A DNA stretch of 64,000 bases from Planctomycetota bacterium (GTDB lineage Bacteria > Planctomycetota > UBA8742 > UBA2392): NCBI GenBank assembly GCA_019186845.1, contig JABARW010000019.1, positions 130,427-194,426 of the forward strand. The letters are read 5' to 3'. Below, piece by piece: positions 9,646-18,269 of this stretch. A model generated the notes under the pieces. It was not told where the DNA came from, made no database searches, and saw only the letters and a list, made by a program, of their open reading frames with translations. Position numbers and translations under genes: made by a program. Each line of letters starts with the position of its first letter. Within the stretch, counting starts at the first letter, position 1.

Positions 9646-10242
9646 CTACAGGAACGTGATGGTGAGAGTGTTTTGCATCGCGTTTTGCCCGATGGCCACG
9701 TTTTCCACGGGGTTGGCAACCCAGTCCAAGGCTGGAAGGCCGCTATGCTCCAAGACCAGCACCGTGCGCCCCAGCGGATCCTTGCGCACCAAAAAGCGCA
9801 GTATCCTGCGATCGCGGGCCGCCCCGCAGTGGACCGAGGCCAACTGAAGCAGTTCCCCCAGAAAGTTCAGAAGTTGCCGCCTGCGCACCACGACGCTGTG
9901 GATGCCGCGATAGCGGCGCAGCACCACCACGCCGCACAGTTCCAGCGCGGCAGCCCAAGTGTGCAGCAACTGGTCGAGCAACTCTTCCAGTTCCAGTTTC
10001 TGGGGGGCTTCGGTGTGCGGAGCGTTCGGGGCTCCGTTTGGTCTCTGGCGCAGCGCATCCTCGATGTCCTCGACGAGGTCCAGGGCCGTAACGGCGTCGC
10101 AGCCGTTTTCAACGACGTGGCGCAGTTCAGCCAGCAGCTTGAGCGCATCCACCTTCGCGGCGGTCGGCAGGAGGATGTGACTGATGGGCGGTTGTTCTGG
10201 CCGGGCGGAAACCGTGGGCGGGAAGGAACGTTCAAAGGACAT
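9646..10242 (-). CDS. Hypothetical protein
   Basis: A 198-aa ORF that fills the gap between accC and the RNase HII-like gene on the same strand. No motif is recognised. Confidence 0.3.
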   Translation of the reverse strand: MSFERSFPPTVSARPEQPPISHILLPTAAKVDALKLLAELRHVVENGCDAVTALDLVEDIEDALRQRPNGAPNAPHTEAPQKLELEELLDQLLHTWAAALELCGVVVLRRYRGIHSVVVRRRQLLNFLGELLQLASVHCGAARDRRILRFLVRKDPLGRTVLVLEHSGLPALDWVANPVENVAIGQNAMQNTLTITFL

Positions 10243-10346
10243 GGCAGGGCTCCAGGGCTCTGCATGCCAATGTCGTGTCGGGGAACTTCAGGTGCAGGAA
10301 TCCCGGAAAATCGTGCGTGCAAAGGTCACGACTTGCGCGGCGCCGC

Positions 10347-11693
10347 CTACTTGGCCAAGAGTTCCTTCTCGATGTAACTGGTATGGACGGTGCCGTCGAT
10401 GAAGCGCTTGTCGCTCATGATGCGCAGATGCAGGGGCACTGTGGTCTTGATGCCCTCGATGCGCATTTCCTGCAGGGCGCGCTTCATGCGGGTGATGGCC
10501 TGCATGCGGTCGGGAGCGAACACCAGCAGCTTGCCCACCATGCTGTCGTAGTTCGACGGAATGGTGTAGCCCGCTTCGATATGGCTGTCCCAGCGCACGC
10601 CTGGCCCGCCGGGGATGAAGACCCGCGTGATCTTGCCCGGGCAGGGGCGGAAATCGTTGTCCGGATCCTCGGCGTTGATGCGACACTCGATGGCGTGTCC
10701 GCGCACCTCGACGTCGCTCTGGGAGAATGGCAGCTTCTCGCCAGCCGCCGCCAGAATCTGGGCGCGAATCAGGTCCGTGCGCGTGACCAGCTCGCTCACC
10801 GGGTGCTCGACCTGGATGCGGGTGTTCACTTCCATGAAGTAGAAGTTGTTCTTCGAGTCCACCAGGAACTCGCAGGTGCCCGCAGTCACGTAGTTGGCGG
10901 CCTTGGCCAGCGTCAGCGCGGCTTCACCCATCTTGCGGCGCAGCTCCGGCGTCATGATGGGCGAAGGCGCTTCTTCGACAAGCTTCTGGTGGCGGCGCTG
11001 GAGTGAGCAGTCGCGCTCGCCGCAGTAAACGAAGTTCCCGTGGGAGTCCACGATCATCTGGATTTCGACGTGGCGCGGGCGCTCGAGGTACTTCTCCACG
11101 TAAACGCTGTCGTCCTTGAAGGCGATGGCGGCTTCACTCTTGGCCTGGAGGAAGCCCTGCACCAGCGCGATCTCGTTGTGGGCCACGCGCATGCCGCGGC
11201 CGCCGCCGCCGGCGGCCGCCTTGATGATGACGGGGTAGCCGATGTTGTTGGCAATCTCGATGGCCTGCTCTTCGCTGTCCACGTTCTCCTTCACGCCCGG
11301 CAGCATGGGCACGCCGACCCTTCCGGCCACCTCGCGGGCGCTGGTCTTGTTGCCCAGCAGGCGGATGCTCTCGGGCGAGGGGCCGATGAACGCGATGCCG
11401 GAGCTGCGGCAAACCTCCGCGAAGTGGGCGTTTTCGCTCAGGAATCCGTAGCCGGGGTGGATGGCGTCCACGTCGGAGATCTCGGCCGCGCTCATGATGC
11501 GGGAGATGTCGAGGTAGCTTTTGGCGCTGGGTGCAGGGCCGATGCAGATGGCTTCGTCGGCGAGGTCGAGGTAGGGGGCGCCGCGGTCGGCCTCGGAGAA
11601 AACGCAGACGCAGCGCACGCCGAGTTCGCGGCAGGCGCGGATGACGCGCAGGGCGATTTCACCCCGGTTGGCGATAAGGATTTTTGAGAACAT
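10347..11693 (-). CDS. accC: Acetyl-CoA carboxylase biotin carboxylase subunit
   Basis: ATG at 11693 gives 'MFSKILIANRGEIALRVIRACRELG'. An ATP-grasp domain is present, and the C-terminal 'IEHPVSE...' biotin carboxylase domain. Length 448 aa. Confidence 0.9.
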   Translation of the reverse strand: MFSKILIANRGEIALRVIRACRELGVRCVCVFSEADRGAPYLDLADEAICIGPAPSAKSYLDISRIMSAAEISDVDAIHPGYGFLSENAHFAEVCRSSGIAFIGPSPESIRLLGNKTSAREVAGRVGVPMLPGVKENVDSEEQAIEIANNIGYPVIIKAAAGGGGRGMRVAHNEIALVQGFLQAKSEAAIAFKDDSVYVEKYLERPRHVEIQMIVDSHGNFVYCGERDCSLQRRHQKLVEEAPSPIMTPELRRKMGEAALTLAKAANYVTAGTCEFLVDSKNNFYFMEVNTRIQVEHPVSELVTRTDLIRAQILAAAGEKLPFSQSDVEVRGHAIECRINAEDPDNDFRPCPGKITRVFIPGGPGVRWDSHIEAGYTIPSNYDSMVGKLLVFAPDRMQAITRMKRALQEMRIEGIKTTVPLHLRIMSDKRFIDGTVHTSYIEKELLAK

Positions 11694-11777
11694 GGGTTCG
11701 CGTTTCGTGCTGCGTGCTTCGTGTTCCGCTGCGTGGCTCGGGACTGCGCCCGGACCCCCAGACACGAAACACGGGTC

Positions 11778-12227
11778 TTACGAAGGCTTCACCAGGAACA
11801 GGGGCTGGCCGTACTCGACGCTCTGGCCGTTCTCGACCAGAATCGCGGCGATGGTGCCCTCCATTTCCGCCTTGATCTCGTTGAACACCTTCATGGCCTC
11901 GATCATGCACACCGTCGAGTCCTTGTTGACGTTGTCGCCCTCCTGCACATAAGGGGGGGCCTCGGGGTTGGCGGCGCGATAAAAGGTGCCCACCATGGGG
12001 CTCTTGATCGCAATGGTGCCCGCGGGCTGGGCCGCCTGGGCCGGGGCCGCCGCGGGTTGCTGGGCCGTGGGCGCCGCCGCCAAGGGCGCCATGGCCGGCA
12101 CCACCCTCATGCCGCCATCGTACTTCTTCTTGAGGCGGATCTTCTTGGCGTCCTCTACCAGCTCGACCTCCAGCAGGTCGTTCTTATTCATCAACTCGAT
12201 GAGGCGATTGATTTCGTCGAGGTCCAT
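11778..12227 (-). CDS. accB: Biotin carboxyl carrier protein
   Basis: Ala/Pro-rich linker followed by the biotinyl domain 'CMIEAMKVFNEIKAEMEGTIAAILVENGQSVEYGQPLFLV' with the EAMK biotinylation motif. Lies directly upstream of accC. Confidence 0.9.
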   Translation of the reverse strand: MDLDEINRLIELMNKNDLLEVELVEDAKKIRLKKKYDGGMRVVPAMAPLAAAPTAQQPAAAPAQAAQPAGTIAIKSPMVGTFYRAANPEAPPYVQEGDNVNKDSTVCMIEAMKVFNEIKAEMEGTIAAILVENGQSVEYGQPLFLVKPS

Positions 12228-12374
12228 GGCGCAGCTTCCCGTGGTTCAAGGGCGGGGACTGTATCGCTGACTTGCCCCTGACTCAAGAGCAATGCCCAAG
12301 CCCGGTTTCCATGCCGCAAGTCCGCCAAAAACACGTTTAATGACCAAGCCCCGCCCGTTGGGGGCCCGGGCCTA

Positions 12375-14657
12375 ATGACTTTCACGACTGGGGAACCTGT
12401 GACCCGCTTCATCGCTCTCTGTGCCTTCGCCGCCCTCGCGGCGGTTGTTACTTGTCTCCAACCCGGCGTCGCCCAGGACAAACCCGACAAGGGCGAACCC
12501 GTCAAGCTTCCCCCTGTGCCCACCGGCGAAGTCTTGCCCGAAGGCGTGCGCTTTGAGGTACCTTACCCGCGCGGCAAGGGTTACCTCACGCTTTCGCGCC
12601 AGAACGGCTATCTGCGCGTCGATGCTGAGGTGCACTTGCTTTACAACGCGGGCGACGGGGACCGGTCCATCGGCAGCGCCGTGGCCCTGGTGCTTTCCGT
12701 GGACGGCTACAACGGCCGCATCCTGATGCATTACCCCAACGCCGTTTGGGTGCCCAAGGCTGCCATGCCCGTATTCCGCTATGAGAAGACCTACACCAAG
12801 GAAAGCGCGCCCGTCAATTCAGCCCAGAGCCCGGGGTTTGCCGCTTCAAGCAACGTTTGCTTCACCGACCGCTGGACCACCACCTACTGGGTCAACCTGC
12901 GCCGCCTGATTACCGCAGGCAACACTCCCGACAGCCCGGCCGACCACTGGCGCGCCGCCTTCCACGCCGGCGACAGCGCCGCCTATCAGGTCTTCCCCGA
13001 GGGGGTCAACGGGCAGAACCCAGCCATCACGCCCGATCGCATGTTCACCTTCAAGTTCAGCACCCTGCCCCAGCGCCAGGATGAGGCCCAGGACCCCATG
13101 GCCGCCGTAGCCGCGCGCGAAGACAGCATCTACAAAGACATCCAGTCTCTGCTGGCCACCTTCAGCGTGCCCCAGAACGCCAGCCAGGCGCAGGTGCAGG
13201 AGGCCTTCGTCAAGGGCTTTGCCGCGCTCAAAACCATGGGCAAGGCCTACCCGGACCTGTTGCTGGTCAAATTCCTGCTCTGGCAACTGGGCCTGCGTTT
13301 GGGTGCCGGCGAGGGAGTGGATCCCATTGCCCTGCTCAAGGATTACCTGGATGCCTGTCCCAGTCAGCTGCGCGTGCACGTCAATTACATTGACACCCTG
13401 ATTCGCGCACAGCGCAAGGCCGAGGCCCTCAAGCATATCGACCTGCTGCTGGCCAGCGACATGGCCAAGGGCCACGAGCCCACCAGGGTGCGGGTGCACC
13501 TGGACATGGCCCCGCTGCTGATTGACGCCCAGGAGGCCGCGGCCGCCGACAAGGTATACGACGCCATCAAGGATTCGCCGGTTCTGAACACCGACCTGCT
13601 CCAGCGCCTGCGCTACACTGTGGGCGCCTCGCGCGCGGCGGCCGCGCTGGGCAACCGTGAGCGCGAAGCGGCGCTCATGAACCTGCCCGCGCGCGAGCCG
13701 GGCTTCAGCCACGCCGAGGTCAAACCCCTGGTGGACTATGCCCGCTCGCTGTTCCAGCTCGGCTACGAAGACGAGGGTGTGCGCGCCGCCGAGGTGCTGT
13801 GCGGCTCGCCCTGGCTCTCCAAGAGCGGCAGCGTGCACTCCCAGGTGCGCATCGACATGGCCGAGTACCTGCTGCGAACAAATTACGCCGCGGACAAGGC
13901 CTTCGCGCAGTACGAAGCGGCGCTCAAAAGCGGGCACTTCGCCACGGATGATGTGACGCGATTTGGCTGCTACGTCGGTCTTGCCCGCTGCAAGGAAGCC
14001 CAGGGTGACATGAAGGCCGCGGCTGAGATCTATCGCAAACTTCTGGAGACGGAGCAGGCCAAGCTGACGGCCCAGCAGGTGGCGGGCATCAAACAGCTGC
14101 TCGAGTTCCAGACCAAGGGCCAGAGCCAGTGGGAAGAGGAGCTCAAGTTCATCGACGAAGACGCTAAGAAGCAGAACCCGCGCCTGACGCTGGAAACCAC
14201 CAAGGGCAACATCGTGGTGGAACTCTTTGAAGACGACGCGCCCAACACCGTGGCCAGCCTGGTGAGCCTCACTCAGAAGGGTTTCTACAACAATCTCTCG
14301 TTCCACCGCTTTGAGCCCAACTTTGTGATTCAGGGCGGCTGCCCGCTGGGCAATGGCACGGGCAGCGGCGGCTACCGCCTCAAGAGCGAGGTCAGCCGGC
14401 GCAACCACTTCATGGGTACCTTCGCCATGGCCTGCTCGCAGCCCAAAGGAAACACAGAGGGAAGCCAGTTCTACATCTGCACGTCCAACGGGCCCAACGT
14501 GCTCAATCTCAGCGGCAGCTATGTGGTGGCCGGGCGTGTCATCGAGGGAATGGACGTGGCGCGGCGGTTGCGTGCCGGTGACCGCATGGTCAAGGTGACG
14601 GTCACTAACCTGCGCAGCCACGAGTACAAACCGGAAACTCTGCCCGAGAGGCGCTAG
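12375..14657 (+). CDS. Secreted multidomain protein with C-terminal cyclophilin-type peptidyl-prolyl isomerase
   Basis: Signal peptide 'FIALCAFAALAAVVTCLQPGVAQ'. The C-terminal ~170 aa read 'GNIVVELFEDDAPNTVASLVSLTQKGFYNNLSFHRFEPNFVIQGGCPLGNGTGSGGY...QFYICT', a cyclophilin fold. The N-terminal ~590 aa are unassigned. Confidence 0.75.
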   Translation: MTFTTGEPVTRFIALCAFAALAAVVTCLQPGVAQDKPDKGEPVKLPPVPTGEVLPEGVRFEVPYPRGKGYLTLSRQNGYLRVDAEVHLLYNAGDGDRSIGSAVALVLSVDGYNGRILMHYPNAVWVPKAAMPVFRYEKTYTKESAPVNSAQSPGFAASSNVCFTDRWTTTYWVNLRRLITAGNTPDSPADHWRAAFHAGDSAAYQVFPEGVNGQNPAITPDRMFTFKFSTLPQRQDEAQDPMAAVAAREDSIYKDIQSLLATFSVPQNASQAQVQEAFVKGFAALKTMGKAYPDLLLVKFLLWQLGLRLGAGEGVDPIALLKDYLDACPSQLRVHVNYIDTLIRAQRKAEALKHIDLLLASDMAKGHEPTRVRVHLDMAPLLIDAQEAAAADKVYDAIKDSPVLNTDLLQRLRYTVGASRAAAALGNREREAALMNLPAREPGFSHAEVKPLVDYARSLFQLGYEDEGVRAAEVLCGSPWLSKSGSVHSQVRIDMAEYLLRTNYAADKAFAQYEAALKSGHFATDDVTRFGCYVGLARCKEAQGDMKAAAEIYRKLLETEQAKLTAQQVAGIKQLLEFQTKGQSQWEEELKFIDEDAKKQNPRLTLETTKGNIVVELFEDDAPNTVASLVSLTQKGFYNNLSFHRFEPNFVIQGGCPLGNGTGSGGYRLKSEVSRRNHFMGTFAMACSQPKGNTEGSQFYICTSNGPNVLNLSGSYVVAGRVIEGMDVARRLRAGDRMVKVTVTNLRSHEYKPETLPERR

Positions 14658-14714
14658 CGTGAAAGCGAAAGGCGCAGTCCGGCAACAATCAATGAAACTC
14701 CAATTGGAGCTGCC

Positions 14715-15407
14715 ATGAAAGCGCTGAGCTTCGCGACACCCCTGTTGGCCCTTTTCCTCGTTGCGGTCTGCCTGCCTGGCCACGTTGACGCCGGCGAGAC
14801 CCAGACACCCGAGGCTCAGGCCAAGGATGACGGCTCGCGTGTGGCCGAACTCGAAAAGGAGGTTGCCGCGCTGAAGAAGAAGCTGGCCGAACTCGAGGCC
14901 CGCCTGGCCAAGCTTGAGAAGGGGGCCTCCACGGCGGAGGTCACGGCCACCAAGAACTTCGAGGAGGCCATGGTCCAGCTGGATATCAGCGACGCCGAAA
15001 AATCGGCCATCCGCGACTCAATCTTGAAGTGCAAGAAATCGATGGTGGAAACACTTGAAGTGCCCACGGCAGGCGGCCGCATTCCTGCCGAAGAAGTCAT
15101 CGATTGTCTGGTCAAGATGCAGGATCAGGAAGCGGGTGCCGCCGAAGAGTTCCAGAAACTCATTTTGTTCCTGAGCACGGAGAAAGTGCCGGGCGACGAG
15201 AAGAAACGCAGCTACGTGCAGGCGATCGAGGACTACAAGAAGCTCAACCGCGAGACCATTGCGAAAATCCTCTCGCCCTCTGACCGCAAGCGCCTGGACG
15301 CCTGCCACGCTGACTGGTCGGAGTTCGAGCTGGGCGAGGATGACCCGTTCACCCAGCTCTATCTCGCGCGTGTCAACAAGACGGCGCGCAAGAAGGACAC
15401 CAAGTAG
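14715..15407 (+). CDS. Secreted coiled-coil protein, paralog A of a tandem pair
   Basis: Signal peptide, a coiled coil 'VAELEKEVAALKKKLAELEARLAKLEK', and a ~150-aa C-terminal domain shared with the next gene ('TKNF...EVPTAGGR...EEVID...VPGD..RSY.QA.ED.KK.NR.TI..ILSP.D.K.LD..HADW..FE...DPFT'). Confidence 0.6.
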   Translation: MKALSFATPLLALFLVAVCLPGHVDAGETQTPEAQAKDDGSRVAELEKEVAALKKKLAELEARLAKLEKGASTAEVTATKNFEEAMVQLDISDAEKSAIRDSILKCKKSMVETLEVPTAGGRIPAEEVIDCLVKMQDQEAGAAEEFQKLILFLSTEKVPGDEKKRSYVQAIEDYKKLNRETIAKILSPSDRKRLDACHADWSEFELGEDDPFTQLYLARVNKTARKKDTK

Positions 15408-15420
15408 CCCCGGAGAAGCC

Positions 15421-16326
15421 ATGAAACCACTTTTCTTGCTGGCCATGGCGCTGCCGCTGGCGGCGCTGGGCTGCAGCGATCAGCGTGAAATGGAAGCCCT
15501 GCGCGCGGAGTTGGCCCGCACCAAGACTGAACTGAGCGATGCCCGTGAAGAGGCCAGGCTCGATCAGGCCCGCCTGCAGGAACGTCTGGCGCGGCTGGAG
15601 GCCCGCCTGGGGCGCGAAGGCACCGCCGGACAACGCAGTGTTCAGGAAGAGCTTTCGGCCTTGAAGGCTGAGATGGCCAAGGCTGCTTCCGGCGAGGAGA
15701 AGGCCGAGCTGGAAAAGCGTATTGCGGCTGTCGAAGCCCGCGTCGAAAACGTGAAGACGGAGGCCATGGACGAAGCCCGCAAGGGCCAGGGTGGCAGTGT
15801 TGTGGACGAGCAGCGCATCGCGGAGATGGCTGCAAAGAAGCTGGCCGAGGAACAGGCCGCCAACTCGCCCACCAAGAATTTCGCCCAGGCCATCGCCCGT
15901 CTCAGCGCCAGTGAGGCGGAGAAGCAGGCTGTGAAGGACGAGATCGTGAAGTCCAAGAAGGACATCCTCGAATTGCTGGAGGTTCCCACGGCTGACGGCC
16001 GCAACTTCGGCGAAGAAGTCATCGATGCCTTCATCGCCTCGCAGATGGGCGCCGAGGGCGCACAGGCCAAGCTGCTCAATCTCTTCGCTGACCTGGCCAA
16101 CACCCGGGTGCCAGGCGACGCCGACAACCGCAGTTACGCCCAGGCGCTGGAGGACATTAAGAAGAAGAACCGCCAGACTATCGGCCGCATCCTCTCACCC
16201 GACGACCAGAAGAAACTCGACCGAGCCCACGCCGACTGGACGGATTTCGAAGGGCTCGAAGGCGACCCCTTCACGGACTTCTACCTGCAACGCCTCAAGA
16301 AATATCAGGACGCCAACAAGAAGTAG
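15421..16326 (+). CDS. Secreted/lipoprotein coiled-coil protein, paralog B of a tandem pair
   Basis: ATG at 15421 gives 'MKPLFLLAMALPLAALGCS', a lipobox. A longer coiled coil follows, then the same conserved C-terminal domain as paralog A, collinear and with clear identity. Confidence 0.6.
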   Translation: MKPLFLLAMALPLAALGCSDQREMEALRAELARTKTELSDAREEARLDQARLQERLARLEARLGREGTAGQRSVQEELSALKAEMAKAASGEEKAELEKRIAAVEARVENVKTEAMDEARKGQGGSVVDEQRIAEMAAKKLAEEQAANSPTKNFAQAIARLSASEAEKQAVKDEIVKSKKDILELLEVPTADGRNFGEEVIDAFIASQMGAEGAQAKLLNLFADLANTRVPGDADNRSYAQALEDIKKKNRQTIGRILSPDDQKKLDRAHADWTDFEGLEGDPFTDFYLQRLKKYQDANKK

Positions 16327-16375
16327 GCCCGGGCCTTCAGGGAACCATTCGTCGGCATTTGCCGTTAGTAGGGCC

Positions 16376-18247
16376 ATGCAACAGGGCAATCTACGCTCCC
16401 GTCGAAGACTTTGGTCGCTGTCAGTTCTCCTCTTGCTGGCGGGCTTGCTCGCGCTTGCCGTGCTTTACCGGGCCATGCCGTCCAGCCGCACCGGATCGGT
16501 CTCCGATGTGGCGGCCTGCGCCTCGTTTGGGCAGGCGGAGCACCCTGTGGTCTTGGGGCCGCAAGGTGCTGGTGTGGGCGCGAAGGCGCAGGGTAGGGCA
16601 CCGGCGATTGGCGCGAGCACGCAGCCTGCCTCAGGGGAAGAGCCGTCCAAGGTGCCGCGGGATGCCGCCGATGCGTCGGTCACTGAACCAGGGCCGACCA
16701 GGCCGGTACCCGTTCCTCGGACGCTGCCCGAGGTACCGCCGGGCGCGGTTGTGCTTTTGGGCCTGGTGCTGTCGGCGGCCGATGATTCGCCGGTTGGGGG
16801 TGTCGATGTCTATCTTCAGATCACCGCGGGGAGTGCAAAAGAAATCCGGCACACAACAACGGCCTCCGACGGCACGTTCATGTTTGAACGTCTTTTCGCC
16901 GGAGATCGGGCCAGGGTGGTCACACGGGCAGAGGGATACATCAGCCCCCTGCATCACGACACGCCTGAACACTATTTCACCCAGGCAGCCAACCCCCGCG
17001 CGTCCGTGAAACCCGAAGAGTATCGGGACTTCCCAGTCCGCCCGACCCGGACGGGGACCAGCAAAACTACGTTGCAGTCCCTGGTGCTCAAAGAGGGTTT
17101 CAACGAACTGACCTTTCGTCTCGAGCCCGGCATCTGGCTTTCAGGCCATGTCGCGGACGTTTCGGGAGCCGGGATCAGGGCCGCCAGCGTGGAGGTGTCC
17201 GGGACCGGCATGGACTACGGGTTGGTCTGCTCGACGGGCAACGACGGCCGTTTCCGCATCGGCCCGATTCCAATGCGTTTGCAGAGACTCAAGTACAAGA
17301 TTGAGGCCAGCAACTACGAGAGGCTCCACGGCGAACTCACATGTACCGGTGCCAGCATGGAGGACGTCAAGTTCTTCCTCAAGTCCGCTGCGTCTCTGCG
17401 GGGCAGGTTCATACCGGCGGTTGAGGCTCCCAAGGGAAAGCTCGAGGCGCACCTGTACAACGACGAAGGTTACCGACGTGTCTGCAAACTCACACGTGAC
17501 AGTGACTACCGCTTCCAGTTTGAGGACGTCCCTGTTTCGGGCCGATTCACGCTGCGCATCCTAGTCGATCGCTCCACCCCCAATTTCACTCGAGTCCACA
17601 ACGTTCTTGCCACCGTGGAGGGTCTGGACTCGGCCAGTTTTCCCTCCTTTCTGGAGGTGCGGCAACCGCGACCCATGACCATAGTGGTCGAGCTTCCACC
17701 CATGCCCGATGGCATGGAAAATCGGAACTATCGGGCATGCATCATGACCGCCGGCTCCATCTCGGGTTCCATTGATTGGCCACAATTTGATGAGACGGAG
17801 CAAAGGGGGCCGATGACTTCTGACAGCAGCGAGTGCATCCTCAGCACCTCGATTGAGCGCTTTCGTGCCGTGGTCGTGCAGCGCTACAACGCCCCGGATC
17901 GCGGCACGGTCAGTGTGTACTTCCTTTCAGAAATCCAGGAGTACCAGCCGGGTGAAACGGTGCGGTTGCGGGTCAACCCTCTGACCGAACTTGCCGGACA
18001 AGTGCACGGCAGCGTGCCAGGGAAGACCGGCGGCTATGTGGTCCTGGCTGGTGACGAAGGCCAGGTCGTGTACTGTCCTCTGCACACGGACGGCAGTTTC
18101 AAGACCGGGCAGCTTCCGGCGTTGCTGCCCGGCCGCTATCGCATCTGGTGGCAGGCGGACTCCAGGAAAAACACTTCACCGGTATCCGCCGGTGAAGTGC
18201 TGGTGCTGCTGCCGGGGCAGACGCTCGAGGTCACTGTCACGCCCTGA
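16376..18247 (+). CDS. Membrane-anchored protein with carboxypeptidase-regulatory-like beta-sandwich domains
   Basis: ATG at 16376 gives 'MQQGNLRSRRRLWSLSVLLLLAGLLALAVL', a TM anchor. There are two CarbopepD_reg-like segments ('GLVLSAADDSPVGGVDVYL...ASDGTFMF' and 'LSGHVADVSGAGIRAASVEV...TGNDGRFRI'). It is co-directional with the paralog pair. Confidence 0.5.
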   Translation: MQQGNLRSRRRLWSLSVLLLLAGLLALAVLYRAMPSSRTGSVSDVAACASFGQAEHPVVLGPQGAGVGAKAQGRAPAIGASTQPASGEEPSKVPRDAADASVTEPGPTRPVPVPRTLPEVPPGAVVLLGLVLSAADDSPVGGVDVYLQITAGSAKEIRHTTTASDGTFMFERLFAGDRARVVTRAEGYISPLHHDTPEHYFTQAANPRASVKPEEYRDFPVRPTRTGTSKTTLQSLVLKEGFNELTFRLEPGIWLSGHVADVSGAGIRAASVEVSGTGMDYGLVCSTGNDGRFRIGPIPMRLQRLKYKIEASNYERLHGELTCTGASMEDVKFFLKSAASLRGRFIPAVEAPKGKLEAHLYNDEGYRRVCKLTRDSDYRFQFEDVPVSGRFTLRILVDRSTPNFTRVHNVLATVEGLDSASFPSFLEVRQPRPMTIVVELPPMPDGMENRNYRACIMTAGSISGSIDWPQFDETEQRGPMTSDSSECILSTSIERFRAVVVQRYNAPDRGTVSVYFLSEIQEYQPGETVRLRVNPLTELAGQVHGSVPGKTGGYVVLAGDEGQVVYCPLHTDGSFKTGQLPALLPGRYRIWWQADSRKNTSPVSAGEVLVLLPGQTLEVTVTP

Positions 18248-18269
18248 CCGAGGCCCCCTGCGGGCAGGC

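Noticed and set aside
12846-14783. 645-aa minus-strand ORF
   Set aside because: It is fully antisense to the cyclophilin-domain gene (12375..14657), whose sense translation has clear conserved motifs. The antisense translation is Gly/Ala/Arg/His-rich with no motifs.
16025-16375. 5' extension of ORF 16025..18247 into the preceding gene
   Set aside because: The extension overlaps the 3' end of paralog B in another frame and encodes Arg/Pro/Ser-rich junk. An ATG at 16376 followed by a TM anchor is the plausible start.
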